DNA of 64,000 nucleotides from Treponemataceae bacterium (GCA_963677895.2 CAXXGJ010000006.1:192001-256000), one strand, 5' to 3'; positions 25,488 to 37,455 are shown, counted from the stretch's first letter. Translations and numbers: made by a program. Notes: generated by a model from the sequence alone, not told the origin.

Positions 25488-26364
25488 GGCCGTTCTCGTA
25501 GAGCTTGTAGAGGGCCTGGGTGCCTAGCTCGCCCATTCCCTCGGCCGAGACTTTCGTGAACAGTTTTTCGGCGAGGTTGAGGAGGGGCAGGTTGAGTTTC
25601 ATCTGCCTGGCCGCGTCAGCGGCGATTCGCAGGTCCTTGAGGAAGTGTTTTACGTAGAAGCCGGGTTTGAAGTCACCGTCGAGCATGCGCGGCACCATGT
25701 TGTTGAGCTGCCAGCTGCCCGCGGAGCCGCTTCCGATGGAGAGGAGGACGGTCCGGGGGTCGAGGCCGGCCGCCTTCGCGTAGGTGATGGATTCGATGGC
25801 GCCCATGAGGCTGGCCGCTATGGATATCTGGTTGGCCATCTTGGTGTGCTGGCCGGCGCCGGGGCCGCCCTGTCGAACGACCGTTTTGCCCATGATGTCG
25901 AAAAGGGGCTTGACGGCGGCGAAGCTGTCTTCGTCGCCGCCTGCCATGATGGTGAGCGTCGCTTTTTTCGCGCCGATGTCGCCGCCCGAGACGGGGGCGT
26001 CGAGGGCGGCGAGGCCCTTGGCCTTGGCCGCGTCGTAAATTCGCACAGCCAGGTCGGGGCGCGAAGTGGTCATGTCGATGAGGATCGCTCCCGGTTTGGC
26101 GTTGGTGATGAGGCCGGAATCGCCGAAATATACTTCTTCCACGTCGGAAGGATAACCGACCATGGTGATGACGACATCGCATGCCTTGGCGAGGGCTGAA
26201 GGCGTCTCCATCCAGACGGCGCCGGCTTCTATGAGGTTTTTAGCCTTCTCGGCGGTTCTCGTATAGACAATCACCTTGCGGCCGGCGGAAAGCAGATGTC
26301 CGGCCATGGCGTTTCCCATGACGCCCAGGCCGATAAAGCCGATTGTTTTCGTTTCAGTAGGCAT
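25480..26364 (-). CDS. NAD(P)-dependent oxidoreductase, 3-hydroxyisobutyrate dehydrogenase family
   Basis: GFIGLGVMG, DAPVSGGD, GQHTKMANQ. Confidence 0.92.
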   Translation of the reverse strand: MPTETKTIGFIGLGVMGNAMAGHLLSAGRKVIVYTRTAEKAKNLIEAGAVWMETPSALAKACDVVITMVGYPSDVEEVYFGDSGLITNAKPGAILIDMTTSRPDLAVRIYDAAKAKGLAALDAPVSGGDIGAKKATLTIMAGGDEDSFAAVKPLFDIMGKTVVRQGGPGAGQHTKMANQISIAASLMGAIESITYAKAAGLDPRTVLLSIGSGSAGSWQLNNMVPRMLDGDFKPGFYVKHFLKDLRIAADAARQMKLNLPLLNLAEKLFTKVSAEGMGELGTQALYKLYENGLV

Positions 26365-26512
26365 TTCATTCCTCCGGGAATTTTTGTGTACCTCTACTGT
26401 AGCCCTGCCCGCGGAAATGCGCAACCTTCGTATTTTTATGAAAAGTATTTTTTCATATTGTTGTGAAATGAAAAATCTTACCATATACTTGGCGCACAGG
26501 GGGCTGGCAAAG

Positions 26513-27751
26513 ATGATGTTGGACTCGGAAAATATTAATATTCGCCTCGAAGGGTACGCGGCGAGGCCTGACCATTATCTGATCGGCATCATGTCGGGGA
26601 CGTCGCTCGACGGCGTCGACGCGGTGCTCACGAAAATTTCCACGTTGGCCGACGGTTCCATCGCGGAAGCCCGGCTCGTCCACCAGGCCTCGATTCCCTA
26701 TTCGAGCGCTCTGAAGTCCTTGCTGCTCGCGCTCTGTTCGCCGGAGACGGCTCGGATCGACGATCTTGTCTATGCCCATTTTGGGCTCTCGGAATGGTAC
26801 GCGGCCGCGGTCCGGAAACTGCTCGACGCGAGCGGTTTTCCCGCCGAAAAAGTGGACGCGCTTTGCCTTCACGGCCAGACCGTCTGGCACGCGCCCGCCT
26901 TCAGACCCTTTCCCGCGCCTGACGGCGGCTTCGTACCCGTAAAAGGCACGCTCCAGATAGGTTCGGGCTCGCTGCTCCGGGAACGCGCTGGCATCCCCGT
27001 GATTTTCGACTTCCGTTCGAGAGACATGGCAGCGGGCGGGGAAGGCGCGCCGCTCGCGCCTTACGTGGACGCCCTCCTCTTCGGGAGCACGAAGCGAGGC
27101 CGGATCATCCAGAATATCGGCGGCATCGGCAACGCGACGGTGATACCGGCCGGGTCGAATCGCGAGGGAATCTTCGCCTTCGACACCGGCCCTGGCAACA
27201 TGATCATCGACGAGCTTATCCGAAGAAAGACCGGCGGCGCGGAACATTACGACGAAGGCGGCCGCCGCGGGCGCGCCGGCAAGGTCGACGCTGCCCTCGT
27301 CGCGGCCCTCATGGCCGATGACTATTATACCAAGGCCCCGCCCAAAAGCACGGGCCGCGAAATGTACAACTCGGCCTTCGTCGACCGCCTCATTGACGAG
27401 GCGCGAAGGCGAAGCCTCTCTTTCGAGGATATCGTCGCCACGGCCACGGCCTTCACGGCCGAGAGCATCGCCCGATCCTACCGCGATTTCATCTATGCGA
27501 GGACGAAGATCGACGACGTCGTCGTCGGCGGAGGCGGGGCGCTCAACGGCTTCCTCATGGACCTGCTGCGCGCTCGTCTGCCCGCCGGCGTCACCCTCAT
27601 GTCGACCGCGGATCTGGGCATCCCGGAGCAGGCGAGGGAGGCCATCGCTTTCGCCGTGCTCGGCCACGAGGCGCTCATGGGCAGGGCGGGCAACCTCCCG
27701 GCCGTGACGGGCGCGGCCCGGGATGTTATACTGGGCAACATCACGTTGTGA
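26513..27751 (+). CDS. anmK: Anhydro-N-acetylmuramic acid kinase
   Basis: GIMSGTSLDGVD, HGQTVWH, DMAAGGEGAPL, NIGGIGN, FDTGPGN. Confidence 0.95.
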   Translation: MMLDSENINIRLEGYAARPDHYLIGIMSGTSLDGVDAVLTKISTLADGSIAEARLVHQASIPYSSALKSLLLALCSPETARIDDLVYAHFGLSEWYAAAVRKLLDASGFPAEKVDALCLHGQTVWHAPAFRPFPAPDGGFVPVKGTLQIGSGSLLRERAGIPVIFDFRSRDMAAGGEGAPLAPYVDALLFGSTKRGRIIQNIGGIGNATVIPAGSNREGIFAFDTGPGNMIIDELIRRKTGGAEHYDEGGRRGRAGKVDAALVAALMADDYYTKAPPKSTGREMYNSAFVDRLIDEARRRSLSFEDIVATATAFTAESIARSYRDFIYARTKIDDVVVGGGGALNGFLMDLLRARLPAGVTLMSTADLGIPEQAREAIAFAVLGHEALMGRAGNLPAVTGAARDVILGNITL

Positions 27752-27822
27752 TAAGGCATGAACGCGAAGCGTTCACGCCGGACGCGGCTCCAGGCCGCGC
27801 CTACCAGCCAGACGGAGGAATC

Positions 27823-28323
27823 ATGCCGAATTCGATAGTGCAGTTCATCACCAGCAAGGGCGACATCAAGATGGAAGTGCTGGAAGACAAAACGCCGATA
27901 ACCGCGGCCAATTTTCTGAATTATGTGAAGTCGGGCTTCTACGACGGGACTATTTTCCACAGGGTAATTCCCGGTTTCGTCGCCCAGGGCGGCGGTTTCG
28001 TGCCCGGAATGGATCAGAAGAACACGAAGGACCCGATCGTGAACGAAGCGGCGAAAGGGCCTTCCAATTCCCGCGGAACCCTATCCATGGCCCGAACCTC
28101 CGATCCCAACAGCGCGACGAGCCAGTTCTTCATCAATTTCGTGGATAACAAAAGCCTTGATTATCGCGGCCCCGGACCCGGCGCCGGCTACTGCGTATTC
28201 GCCAAGGTGACCGAAGGCATGGATGTCGTGGACGCCATGGCCCAGGTTCCCACCGGCAGGCGCCCGCCTCACGCCGACGTTCCCAAGGAAGACATCGTTC
28301 TCATCGCCGCTAAAGTCCTGTAA
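27823..28323 (+). CDS. Cyclophilin-type peptidyl-prolyl isomerase
   Basis: FHRVIPGFVAQGG, SMART, SQFFIN. Confidence 0.95.
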   Translation: MPNSIVQFITSKGDIKMEVLEDKTPITAANFLNYVKSGFYDGTIFHRVIPGFVAQGGGFVPGMDQKNTKDPIVNEAAKGPSNSRGTLSMARTSDPNSATSQFFINFVDNKSLDYRGPGPGAGYCVFAKVTEGMDVVDAMAQVPTGRRPPHADVPKEDIVLIAAKVL

Positions 28324-28415
28324 ATAAGCCGACGACGCCCCGGTAGGGCTTCCGCCGCCGTCCGGGGCTTTCGCGATCCTCACCGCGTTTGAGACAAATT
28401 TATCCGATGTTCCTA

Positions 28416-28470
28416 TTGACAAGAACAGCTCGGGCTGGCTATCATAGCCATGTTACTATTAATAGTAACA
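28416..28470 (+). promoter_or_regulatory. Sigma70 promoter plus perfect 20-bp palindromic operator
   Basis: TTGACA-N18-TATCAT, then TGTTACTATTAATAGTAACA at 28451-28470. Confidence 0.7.
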
Positions 28471-28517
28471 CAAACACAAAACCAAGCCTCCCAAGGCCGG
28501 TACACATCGAGGTATCA

Positions 28518-29501
28518 ATGTCGCGCAAAGCAATCGCCTCTTTCGCAGTCCTCGGCATCGTCATGCTCATCGTTTCCTGCGGATCCAGCGGCAAGAAAAC
28601 GGTGGGAATCGCCAAATTCGTGGCTCACCCGAGCCTTGACGCGGTCGAGCAGGGCATCATCGACGAAATCAAGGCGGCCAAGCCCGATGTCGAGCTGGAC
28701 CAGCAGAACTCCAATGCCGACATGGCCACGGCGGGACAGATCGCCCAGCGCTTCAAGGAGCGCAAGGTGGCCGTCGCGGTCGGCATCGCGACGCCTACCG
28801 CGCAGGCTTTGGTCAATCAGATAAAGGACAGGCCTGTCGTCTATTCGGTGGTCACCGACCCCGTTTCGGCGGGCTTGGTTGAAAGCATGGACAAGGGCGG
28901 GGCGAATGTCACCGGGACCTCGGACATGACGCCGGTGCGCCAGCAGCTCGATATGCTCCTGTCGATGGCGCCGGTAAAAAGGCTCGGCCATCTCTATGCC
29001 TCGGGCGAGGCCAACTCCGTGGCGATCGCCGCGATCGTAAAGGCCTATTGCGAGGAAAAGGGCATCGAATACGTCGAAGCCACGGTCACGAATTCCTCCG
29101 AAGTCAAATCCGCCCTCCTCTCCATCGCGGAACGGATCGACGGCTTGTACCTCGGCAACGACAACACGGTCTTCTCGGCGTTGAGCGCCGTCTCCGAAGT
29201 CACGCTCGCCAGGAAGATTCCCCTCATGTCAGCCGATCCCGTTTCGGCCGAGACAATTCCAGTGCTCGCCGCTCTGGGGTATGATTATTACCAAATGGGA
29301 AGAGAGACCGGAAAGATCGTCGTCCGGATCCTGAACGGTGAAAAAACCAAGGATATTCCCGGTTACCTGCCGACCGATCCCGAAGCCCTCGTCCTCGTTC
29401 TCAACCTGGACGTGGCCGCCAGCTTCGGCATAAAGCTGGATCCCGCCCTCATCGAGAGGGCCAAGGTCCTGATTTCCGGCGGTACGGTAACAAAGAAGTA
29501 A
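28518..29501 (+). CDS. ABC transporter substrate-binding lipoprotein (ABC_sub_bind, TrpX-like)
   Basis: Lipobox IVSC; HPSLD, IATPTAQ, VTDPV, NVTGTSD. Confidence 0.88.
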   Translation: MSRKAIASFAVLGIVMLIVSCGSSGKKTVGIAKFVAHPSLDAVEQGIIDEIKAAKPDVELDQQNSNADMATAGQIAQRFKERKVAVAVGIATPTAQALVNQIKDRPVVYSVVTDPVSAGLVESMDKGGANVTGTSDMTPVRQQLDMLLSMAPVKRLGHLYASGEANSVAIAAIVKAYCEEKGIEYVEATVTNSSEVKSALLSIAERIDGLYLGNDNTVFSALSAVSEVTLARKIPLMSADPVSAETIPVLAALGYDYYQMGRETGKIVVRILNGEKTKDIPGYLPTDPEALVLVLNLDVAASFGIKLDPALIERAKVLISGGTVTKK

Positions 29502-29508
29502 AGGAACC

Positions 29509-30492
29509 ATGCTAGAAGGAATTTTGGTCGAGGGTCTGGTCTACGGGATCATGGCCCTCGGCGTTTTCATCAGCTTCAGGATTCTGGATTTTGCCGATCT
29601 CACGGTGGAAGGATCTTTTCCCGCCGGCGCGGCCGCGGCCGCGGCCATAGTGACAGCGGCCGCGAGAAACGGCCTCGGAACGGGTTCGGCCGGAACTTCC
29701 GCGGCCTTGGGCGCCTCCGGGGCCTGGCTCGCGTCCCTCGCGCCCTTCGCCGCCATCCTGGCCGGTTTCGCGGCCGGCGGTCTCGCGGGGCTGGCCACTT
29801 CGCTGATACATCATAAGCTAAAGGTACCCCCGCTTCTCGCGGGCATCGTCACCATGACGGGATTCTATTCCATAAACCTGCGCGTCCTGGGCGGAAAGCC
29901 CAACCTGCCCCTCATAAGGAACAATCCGCTCCTGAATGGCGCGAGAACCTGGCTGGGTCCGGATGTTCCGCGGGATCTCGCCCTCCTCCTCGCGGCGCTT
30001 CTGGCGGCCCTCGCCATCGCCGCCCTCCTGGATCTTTTCTTCCATACGGAAACCGGAATCGCGCTGGGAGCCCTCGGCGACAACGAAGCCTCCGTGATAC
30101 AGGCAGGCGTCAATCCTTCGTCGCTCAGAACCTTGGGCATCGTGCTGGCCAACGGCCTCGCGGGGCTTTCTGGAGCATTGGCGGCCTCCTACCAGGGCTT
30201 CGCCGACGTCAACTTCGGCGCCGGCGTGGTGGCGGCGGGCCTCGCATCGGTGATGCTTGGCGAACTCATCCTGCGCTCGCAGTACATCGGGGTGCAGATT
30301 TTCCGCGTCCTCGTCGGCTCGATCCTCTTCAGGGCGCTGATGTATGCCGCCCGTTCCTGGGGGTATTTCGTGGGCATCACGCCGAACGACCTCCGCCTCC
30401 TCAACGCCCTCCTCATCGTGGGCGCGGTGGCCCTGTCCAAGTACACCGCGAAGCGCCCCCGAGCGGTTTCCGCCGGCGGAGGCCGCCCATGA
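29509..30492 (+). CDS. ABC transporter permease
   Basis: FRILDFADLTVEGSF; hydrophobic. Confidence 0.88.
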   Translation: MLEGILVEGLVYGIMALGVFISFRILDFADLTVEGSFPAGAAAAAAIVTAAARNGLGTGSAGTSAALGASGAWLASLAPFAAILAGFAAGGLAGLATSLIHHKLKVPPLLAGIVTMTGFYSINLRVLGGKPNLPLIRNNPLLNGARTWLGPDVPRDLALLLAALLAALAIAALLDLFFHTETGIALGALGDNEASVIQAGVNPSSLRTLGIVLANGLAGLSGALAASYQGFADVNFGAGVVAAGLASVMLGELILRSQYIGVQIFRVLVGSILFRALMYAARSWGYFVGITPNDLRLLNALLIVGAVALSKYTAKRPRAVSAGGGRP

Positions 30493-31280
30493 TCCGCATT
30501 GAATCGGCGCTCGTCGCCTTTCCCCAGGGCGGCGGCGAAGACCGCGTCGTCCTGCGGGACCTGTCGCTCGGCGTTCCCCGCGGACAGACCCTATCCATCA
30601 TAGGCTCCAACGGGGCGGGCAAGAGCACCCTCCTCAACGCCATCGCCGGCACCGTGCCCCTGCGTTCTGGCTCCATCGTCGTGGACGGCCGCGACTGCAC
30701 TCGCGACCCCGAATGGATACGGGCGCGCTACGTCGGCAGGGTTCGCCAGAACCCTCTCGCGGGGACGGCCGGCGAGATGACCTTGCTAGACAACCTGGCC
30801 CTGGCTTCCCGAAAAGGCCCAAGGCGGCTAAGGCTCGCCGTCACGCCCGCTCTTTCGAGAGAGCTGGGCGAACGCGTGGCGGAGCTGGGAATGGGGCTTG
30901 AAAACCGCCTGCGCGAGAACGTCTCCCGCCTCTCCGGCGGCCAACGCCAGGCTCTCACCCTGCTCATGGCTGTGCTTTCGCGCCCCTCTGTCCTTCTTTT
31001 GGACGAGCACACGGCCGCGCTGGACCCCGCCAACGCCGAAATCGTGGCCAGCCTCACGAAACGCTTCGTCGCGGAATTCGGACTCACCGCGCTCATCGTC
31101 ACGCACGATATGAAGCGGGCGCTGGACCAGGCCGAACGCGTCGTGATGATGCACGAAGGCGGCATCGTCGCCGACGTATCGGGCGAGGAGAAATCCCGAA
31201 TGAAGGTGTCGGATCTCGTGGAACTCTTTCGCGCGGCGCGAGGCAGCGAATACGCCGAGGACAGGGATCTCCTGCACTGA
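30489..31280 (+). CDS. ABC transporter ATP-binding protein
   Basis: GSNGAGKS, LSGGQRQ, LLDEHTAALD. Confidence 0.92.
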   Translation: MIRIESALVAFPQGGGEDRVVLRDLSLGVPRGQTLSIIGSNGAGKSTLLNAIAGTVPLRSGSIVVDGRDCTRDPEWIRARYVGRVRQNPLAGTAGEMTLLDNLALASRKGPRRLRLAVTPALSRELGERVAELGMGLENRLRENVSRLSGGQRQALTLLMAVLSRPSVLLLDEHTAALDPANAEIVASLTKRFVAEFGLTALIVTHDMKRALDQAERVVMMHEGGIVADVSGEEKSRMKVSDLVELFRAARGSEYAEDRDLLH

Positions 31281-31326
31281 CGATCGACGACGCGCCGGCC
31301 GCCCGAGCCGCCGCCCTTAAGCTTCT

Positions 31327-31355
31327 CGCCGGCCGCCCGCGCCGGCGTTTTTTTT
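31327..31355 (+). terminator. Rho-independent terminator
   Basis: CGCCGGC...GCCGGCG followed by T8. Confidence 0.7.
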
Positions 31356-31470
31356 CGCCTCTTGACCGGGAGAGTAAAATATTTTTTTAGGTTCAAGCTT
31401 GTGCCTGGAAAATTATGCTATATAATGCAAGGGCTATTCCGAAGAAGTTATAGCAAAATGGAGGTATCCT

Positions 31471-32982
31471 ATGAGAAAAATGGCATTCCTAGCGCTGCTG
31501 ACGGCCTTGCTCGCCCTCGCCGTCCCGCAGGTTTTCGCCGCCGGAGCCGAAAAAGTGCTCACGCTCGGCGTGGATCAGGAGGTCATCGGCCTCGATCCGA
31601 ACATCGTGACATCCTTCTCCTCGCATCGACGCGTCGACCTGCTCTACAACAAGCTCGTCAGGCATAACGAAAACCTGGAAATCGTGCCGGATCTCGCCGA
31701 GGACATCGACATTCCCGACAACGTCACCTACATCTTCAACCTCCGTAAGGGCGTCAAGTTCCATAATGGACAGGAAATGACGGCCGACGACGTCGTGTTC
31801 TCTCTGAACAGGATCCTGGACACCAAGACCGCCTCGCCCGGCCGATCCTACCTCGCCACCGTCAAGTCGATCGAAAAACTCTCGGCCTATTCGGTGAAGG
31901 TCACGCTCCAGGCCCCCCTCGCTTCCTTCCTCGAAGGCCTCGCTTCCAACAACTGCGCCATCGTGTCGAAAGCGGCGGTCGAGCAGTACGGCAACCTCCA
32001 GAAGAACGTCGTCGGAACCGGCCCTTTCATGCTGAAGGAATGGACCCCCGACAACTCCATGACTCTGGTGAAGAACCCCGACTACTTCGAGAAGGGCGTG
32101 CCCTACCTCGACAAAGTCATCTTTAGGATCATCCCCGAGCAGGCCTCCCTCCTCGCCGGCGTCAAGTCGGGAACCCTCGACATGGCCACCATCAACGACG
32201 GATCCACCATCATGCTCGCCAAGCGGGACTCGAACCTCGTCGTCATGCAGAAACCAGGCGTCAACGTCAGAACCTTCGGCTTCAACGTCACGCACAAACC
32301 CTTCGACGATGAACGCGTCCGCCAGGCCGTCTCCCTCGCGATCGACAGAAACGAAGTCGTGGCCGTGGCCGAATTCGGCATGGGCATGGCCTCGGGCCCG
32401 ATCCCCGTCTCCGCCACGCAGTGGGCCCTCCCCCTCTCCAAGATTCCCTACTCCACGCCCGACTACGCCAAGGCCAAGGCTCTTCTCGCCCAGGCCGGCT
32501 ATCCCAACGGATTCACCTTCAAGATCGTCACCGCCAACTCCTACGAGGGCGGACTCTCGGTAGCCCAGGTCATCCAGGACCAGCTCAAGAAAATCGGCGT
32601 CACCGCCGAGCTCGAAGTCGTCGAATGGGGCATCTACATCGACCGCTGGGTGAAACGCACCTTTGACGCGATGGTCGAACTCCGCGGCGGCTCCAGCGAG
32701 CCCGACCGCTTCCTCTACAGGATGATCCACTCCACCGGCGGCGTGAACAATTTCGTGTTCAAGGACGCCGAAGTGGACGCCCTCCTCGACAAAGGCCGCG
32801 CCCTCACGAAAGTGTCCGATCGCAAGCCCATCTACGACCAGCTGCAGATTGCCCTCGCCACGAAGGCACCGATCATTTTCCTGTACTGCCCCCTCGAAAC
32901 TCACGTCGTGAGCAAGAGCGTGAAGGGATTCAAGCAAGTCGGAAACGGAAGCCTCTATTACCTCACCTACGCCCAGAAATGA
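31471..32982 (+). CDS. Peptide/nickel ABC transporter substrate-binding protein (family 5)
   Basis: Signal peptide; LRKGVKFHNG, GTGPF, RVRQAVSLAIDR. Confidence 0.92.
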   Translation: MRKMAFLALLTALLALAVPQVFAAGAEKVLTLGVDQEVIGLDPNIVTSFSSHRRVDLLYNKLVRHNENLEIVPDLAEDIDIPDNVTYIFNLRKGVKFHNGQEMTADDVVFSLNRILDTKTASPGRSYLATVKSIEKLSAYSVKVTLQAPLASFLEGLASNNCAIVSKAAVEQYGNLQKNVVGTGPFMLKEWTPDNSMTLVKNPDYFEKGVPYLDKVIFRIIPEQASLLAGVKSGTLDMATINDGSTIMLAKRDSNLVVMQKPGVNVRTFGFNVTHKPFDDERVRQAVSLAIDRNEVVAVAEFGMGMASGPIPVSATQWALPLSKIPYSTPDYAKAKALLAQAGYPNGFTFKIVTANSYEGGLSVAQVIQDQLKKIGVTAELEVVEWGIYIDRWVKRTFDAMVELRGGSSEPDRFLYRMIHSTGGVNNFVFKDAEVDALLDKGRALTKVSDRKPIYDQLQIALATKAPIIFLYCPLETHVVSKSVKGFKQVGNGSLYYLTYAQK

Positions 32983-32988
32983 GCGTTA

Positions 32989-33057
32989 AAATCGCATAAC
33001 GCGACGCGTTATGCGATTTGTTTACCGGGAACCTCGCGGCATTACGCGGGGTTCCCG
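32989..33057. repeat. Two intergenic hairpins after the SBP gene
   Basis: 15-1-15 palindrome 32989-33019; second stem-loop 33026-33057. Confidence 0.75.
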
Positions 33058-33092
33058 ATTCTCTCATCTACATTCTTGCATTGGGGCTCATA

Positions 33093-34055
33093 ATGGGAAG
33101 ATATATCGTCAGGCGGCTTTTATCCCTGATACCGGTACTCCTCGGCGTATCGATCATCGTGTTCTTTCTCGTCCGTCTCATACCGGGATCGTCGCTGCAG
33201 ATGTATCTCGGAACTCAGGTGGAAACGACGCCCGAGCAGATGGTGGAACTAAAACGCATTTTCGGCGAGGACAAACCAGTGCCCGTGCTCTACGTCGAAT
33301 GGCTGGGCAGGGTCCTCAGGGGCGACTTCGGCTATTCGCTGCGCACGAGCAGGCCCATCCTGCCCGATATCCTGCAGCGGCTTCCCTTGAGCATAGAGAT
33401 AACCATTTTCGCCCTGATTCTCGCGCTCGCGATCGGCATACCCCTCGGCATACTGTCCGCGATCAAGCAGCATCCTTTCACCGATGTTCTCATCCGCGTC
33501 GCCGGCCTTCTGGGACTGTCCCTGCCGCAGTTCTGGCTCGCCTCCCTCATGGTGATAGCCTTTTCGAACTTCCGCGGATGGATTCCCATGGGCAACTACG
33601 TGAGTTTTTTCAGCGCGCCGCTTCAGAACATCAGAATGCTCTTCTTTCCGTCGCTGGCCATAGGGATAGGCCTCGCCGCCGTCATCATGCGCTACACGCG
33701 CAATTCCATGCTCGAAGTGCTGCAGATGGATTACATACGCACGGCCAAGGCGAAAGGGCTCAAGAAGAAGGTCGTCATCGTGAGGCATGCGCTCAGGAAC
33801 GCCATTCTTCCCGTCATCACCGTGGCGGGGTTCAACACCGGTTATCTCCTCGGCGGCGCCATCGTCATCGAGGAAGTGTTCGCTCTTCCCGGCATGGGAA
33901 GGCTCGCGTTATACGCCATATATCAGCGCGACTATCCGCTCATCCAGGGAATAATACTGCTCATCGCCGCCATGTTCGTTCTCGTGAACCTGGTGACCGA
34001 TCTCATCTATGCGGCGGTGGATCCGCGCATCCGGCTCGACGACGGAGCGAGGTAG
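33093..34055 (+). CDS. Peptide ABC permease (DppB/OppB-like)
   Basis: DYIRTAKAKGL, RHALRNA, RDYPLIQG. Confidence 0.92.
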   Translation: MGRYIVRRLLSLIPVLLGVSIIVFFLVRLIPGSSLQMYLGTQVETTPEQMVELKRIFGEDKPVPVLYVEWLGRVLRGDFGYSLRTSRPILPDILQRLPLSIEITIFALILALAIGIPLGILSAIKQHPFTDVLIRVAGLLGLSLPQFWLASLMVIAFSNFRGWIPMGNYVSFFSAPLQNIRMLFFPSLAIGIGLAAVIMRYTRNSMLEVLQMDYIRTAKAKGLKKKVVIVRHALRNAILPVITVAGFNTGYLLGGAIVIEEVFALPGMGRLALYAIYQRDYPLIQGIILLIAAMFVLVNLVTDLIYAAVDPRIRLDDGAR

Positions 34056-34058
34056 GAT

Positions 34059-34895
34059 ATGGCCGGAACAAGACTCGGGAAAAACGCGATCGCCCTCACC
34101 GGGCTCGCGATAATCGCCTTCTACATCGCCGTCATCGTCGTCGCGCTTTTCTGGCTGCCCTACGACCCCGTGGCCATGAGCCCGGCGCACATGCTGGAAG
34201 CGCCTTCGATCAAAACGGGACACCTCTTCGGCACCGATGAGTTCGGTCGCGATATATTGTCGCGGATTATGCAGGGATGTTCGGTTTCGCTGATCATTTC
34301 CGTCAGCGCCACGCTCATGGGCGCCGTGATCGGCACTCTCATGGGCATCTGGGCCGGATTCCTCGGCGGGAAATGGGACCAGTTCATCATGCGCATAGCC
34401 GACATCCTTTTCTCCTTCCCTTCGCTCCTCCTCGCGATATTCATCATGGGTATCCTCGGAGAAAAAACGTACAACGTCATCATAGCGATAGGAATCGTCT
34501 ACATACCGCAGTTCGCGAGGGTGAGCAGAGGCGCGATAATAACGCTGAAGAGCAGCGAATTCGTTCGCGCCGCCTTCTCCAACGGCGCCGGAAGAAGTTA
34601 TGTGCTTTTCAAGCACCTTCTTCCGAACATAATGATGCCGCTCATCGTCCAGGTTTCGCTTTCGCTCAGCGTGGCTATCCTTCTCGAATCGGCCCTGAGC
34701 TTCCTGGGCCTCGGCATCCAGCCGCCCTATCCGTCCTGGGGCAACATGCTTTCGAGCGCGCGGAAATTCATGATGCTCGCGCCATGGACGGCGATTTATC
34801 CCGGCATAGCGATCAGCTTCCTGGTGCTCGGCTTCAACCTGCTGGGCGACGGGCTGCGCGACATCCTCGATCCGCGCCTGCGGAACGTGAAGTGA
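34059..34895 (+). CDS. Peptide ABC permease (DppC/OppC-like)
   Basis: GTDEFGRD, HLLPN, LSFLGLG, GDGLRD. Confidence 0.92.
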   Translation: MAGTRLGKNAIALTGLAIIAFYIAVIVVALFWLPYDPVAMSPAHMLEAPSIKTGHLFGTDEFGRDILSRIMQGCSVSLIISVSATLMGAVIGTLMGIWAGFLGGKWDQFIMRIADILFSFPSLLLAIFIMGILGEKTYNVIIAIGIVYIPQFARVSRGAIITLKSSEFVRAAFSNGAGRSYVLFKHLLPNIMMPLIVQVSLSLSVAILLESALSFLGLGIQPPYPSWGNMLSSARKFMMLAPWTAIYPGIAISFLVLGFNLLGDGLRDILDPRLRNVK

Positions 34896-34905
34896 GGGGC
34901 GGGAT

Positions 34906-35923
<1,018 letters not shown>

Positions 35924-35934
<11 letters not shown>

Positions 35935-36946
35935 ATCACTTGATAGATCGCGCGGCAGCTCGCCGCTCCTCGAAGTGAAGAATCTCAAGGTTTATTTCCC
36001 TATTGAAAAGGGAATCCTGATGCGCCGTCGGGTCGGCTGGCTCAAAGCGGTGGACGATATCAGCTTTTCCCTGAAAAAGGGCGAATCGCTCGGCCTCGTG
36101 GGCGAGTCGGGCTGCGGCAAGTCGACGACGGCGATGGCAATCGCCCAACTTCAGAGCGCGACGGGCGGGGAAATCCTCTTCGAGGGAAAAAATCTCCGCG
36201 CATTGTCGCCCAAAGAGCTGTACGAGGCGCGAAGGAATTTCCAGATCGTCTTCCAGGATCCCTATTCGTCGCTGGATCCGAGGATGAAGGCCGCCGACAT
36301 CATCGCCGAGCCTCTGCGCATCTACGCGAAGCGGGGCGCGCTCAACCTTACCGAAGAGCAGATCAAGGTCAAGACCGCCTCCCTGATGGAAAAGGTGGGG
36401 CTTCTGCCTTCCTTCGGAAGCCGATATCCCCACGAATTCTCGGGCGGCCAGCGGCAGCGCATCGGCATCGCGCGCGCCCTCGCCCTCGAGCCCAAGCTCA
36501 TCATCGCCGACGAGCCGGTGAGCGCCCTCGATGTGTCCATCCAGTCGCAGATTCTCAATCTCCTCAAGGATTTACAGGACGAATTCGATCTCACCTTTCT
36601 TTTCATCGCGCACAATCTCGCTGTCGTGGAGTATTTCTGCTCCAGGATCGTGGTGATGTATCTGGGAACGATAGCGGAGATAGCCGATTCGGCGGTTCTC
36701 TACGAAAAGCCATTGCATCCCTACACTCGCGCGCTTTTATCGGCCGTGCCGATTCCCGATCCACCCAAGGAACGCCTGCGCAAGCGCATCATATTGAAGG
36801 GCGACGTGCCCTCGCCCACGAAGGAAAGGGCCGGCTGTCCCTTCAGGGAACGTTGTTCCGAGGCCATGGAGCGCTGCGCCGCGAGCGCGCCGCCGCTCGT
36901 GGAAGTCGAGGCCGGCCATCAGGTGGCCTGCTTCCTGTATTCATGA
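35924..36946 (+). CDS. Peptide ABC ATPase (DppF/OppF-like)
   Basis: GESGCGKS, FSGGQRQR, DEPVSALD. Confidence 0.93.
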
Positions 36947-36957
36947 GGAGGGCTACC

Positions 36958-37455
36958 ATGCCGCCGCTTATCGATGACGTAACGTTGGGCGATATAGATT
37001 CCTGCGCGCGCATCGCCTGCGAATCCGAAATTGGAAAGCGCTACGGCTTCGAGCGCGCCGCCCTCGCCGAAAAAATGCGCTCCGGCTTAGCCTCGGGCGC
37101 CATCATCGTGGCCGCCCGCGACGGCGCCGGAACGCTCGACGCCGGCGGCGCCGCCCCGCGCGGCGTTCTCGGCTTTGCCTGGATCGATCCGCGCGGGGCT
37201 TTCGGATCCGCGCCTTATCTGAAGCTCATAGCCGTCGACAAGAACAAACGGTCAGGCGGCGTCGGTTCGGCGCTTCTTGCCGAGTTCGAAAGGCGCACGC
37301 TCGCCATCGGCAAAGTCTGGACGCTTATGGTTTCGGACTTCAATCGGGGCGCCGTTGCCTTCTACGAAAAACATGGGTACTGTAAAGCAGGGGCCATTCC
37401 CGGTTTCGCCGTCGATGGCATCGTGGAGATATTGATGGTAAAGAAAAAGACATGA
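36958..37455 (+). CDS. GNAT-family acetyltransferase
   Basis: IAVDKNKRSGGVGSALL, N..A..FYEKHGY. Confidence 0.85.
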   Translation: MPPLIDDVTLGDIDSCARIACESEIGKRYGFERAALAEKMRSGLASGAIIVAARDGAGTLDAGGAAPRGVLGFAWIDPRGAFGSAPYLKLIAVDKNKRSGGVGSALLAEFERRTLAIGKVWTLMVSDFNRGAVAFYEKHGYCKAGAIPGFAVDGIVEILMVKKKT

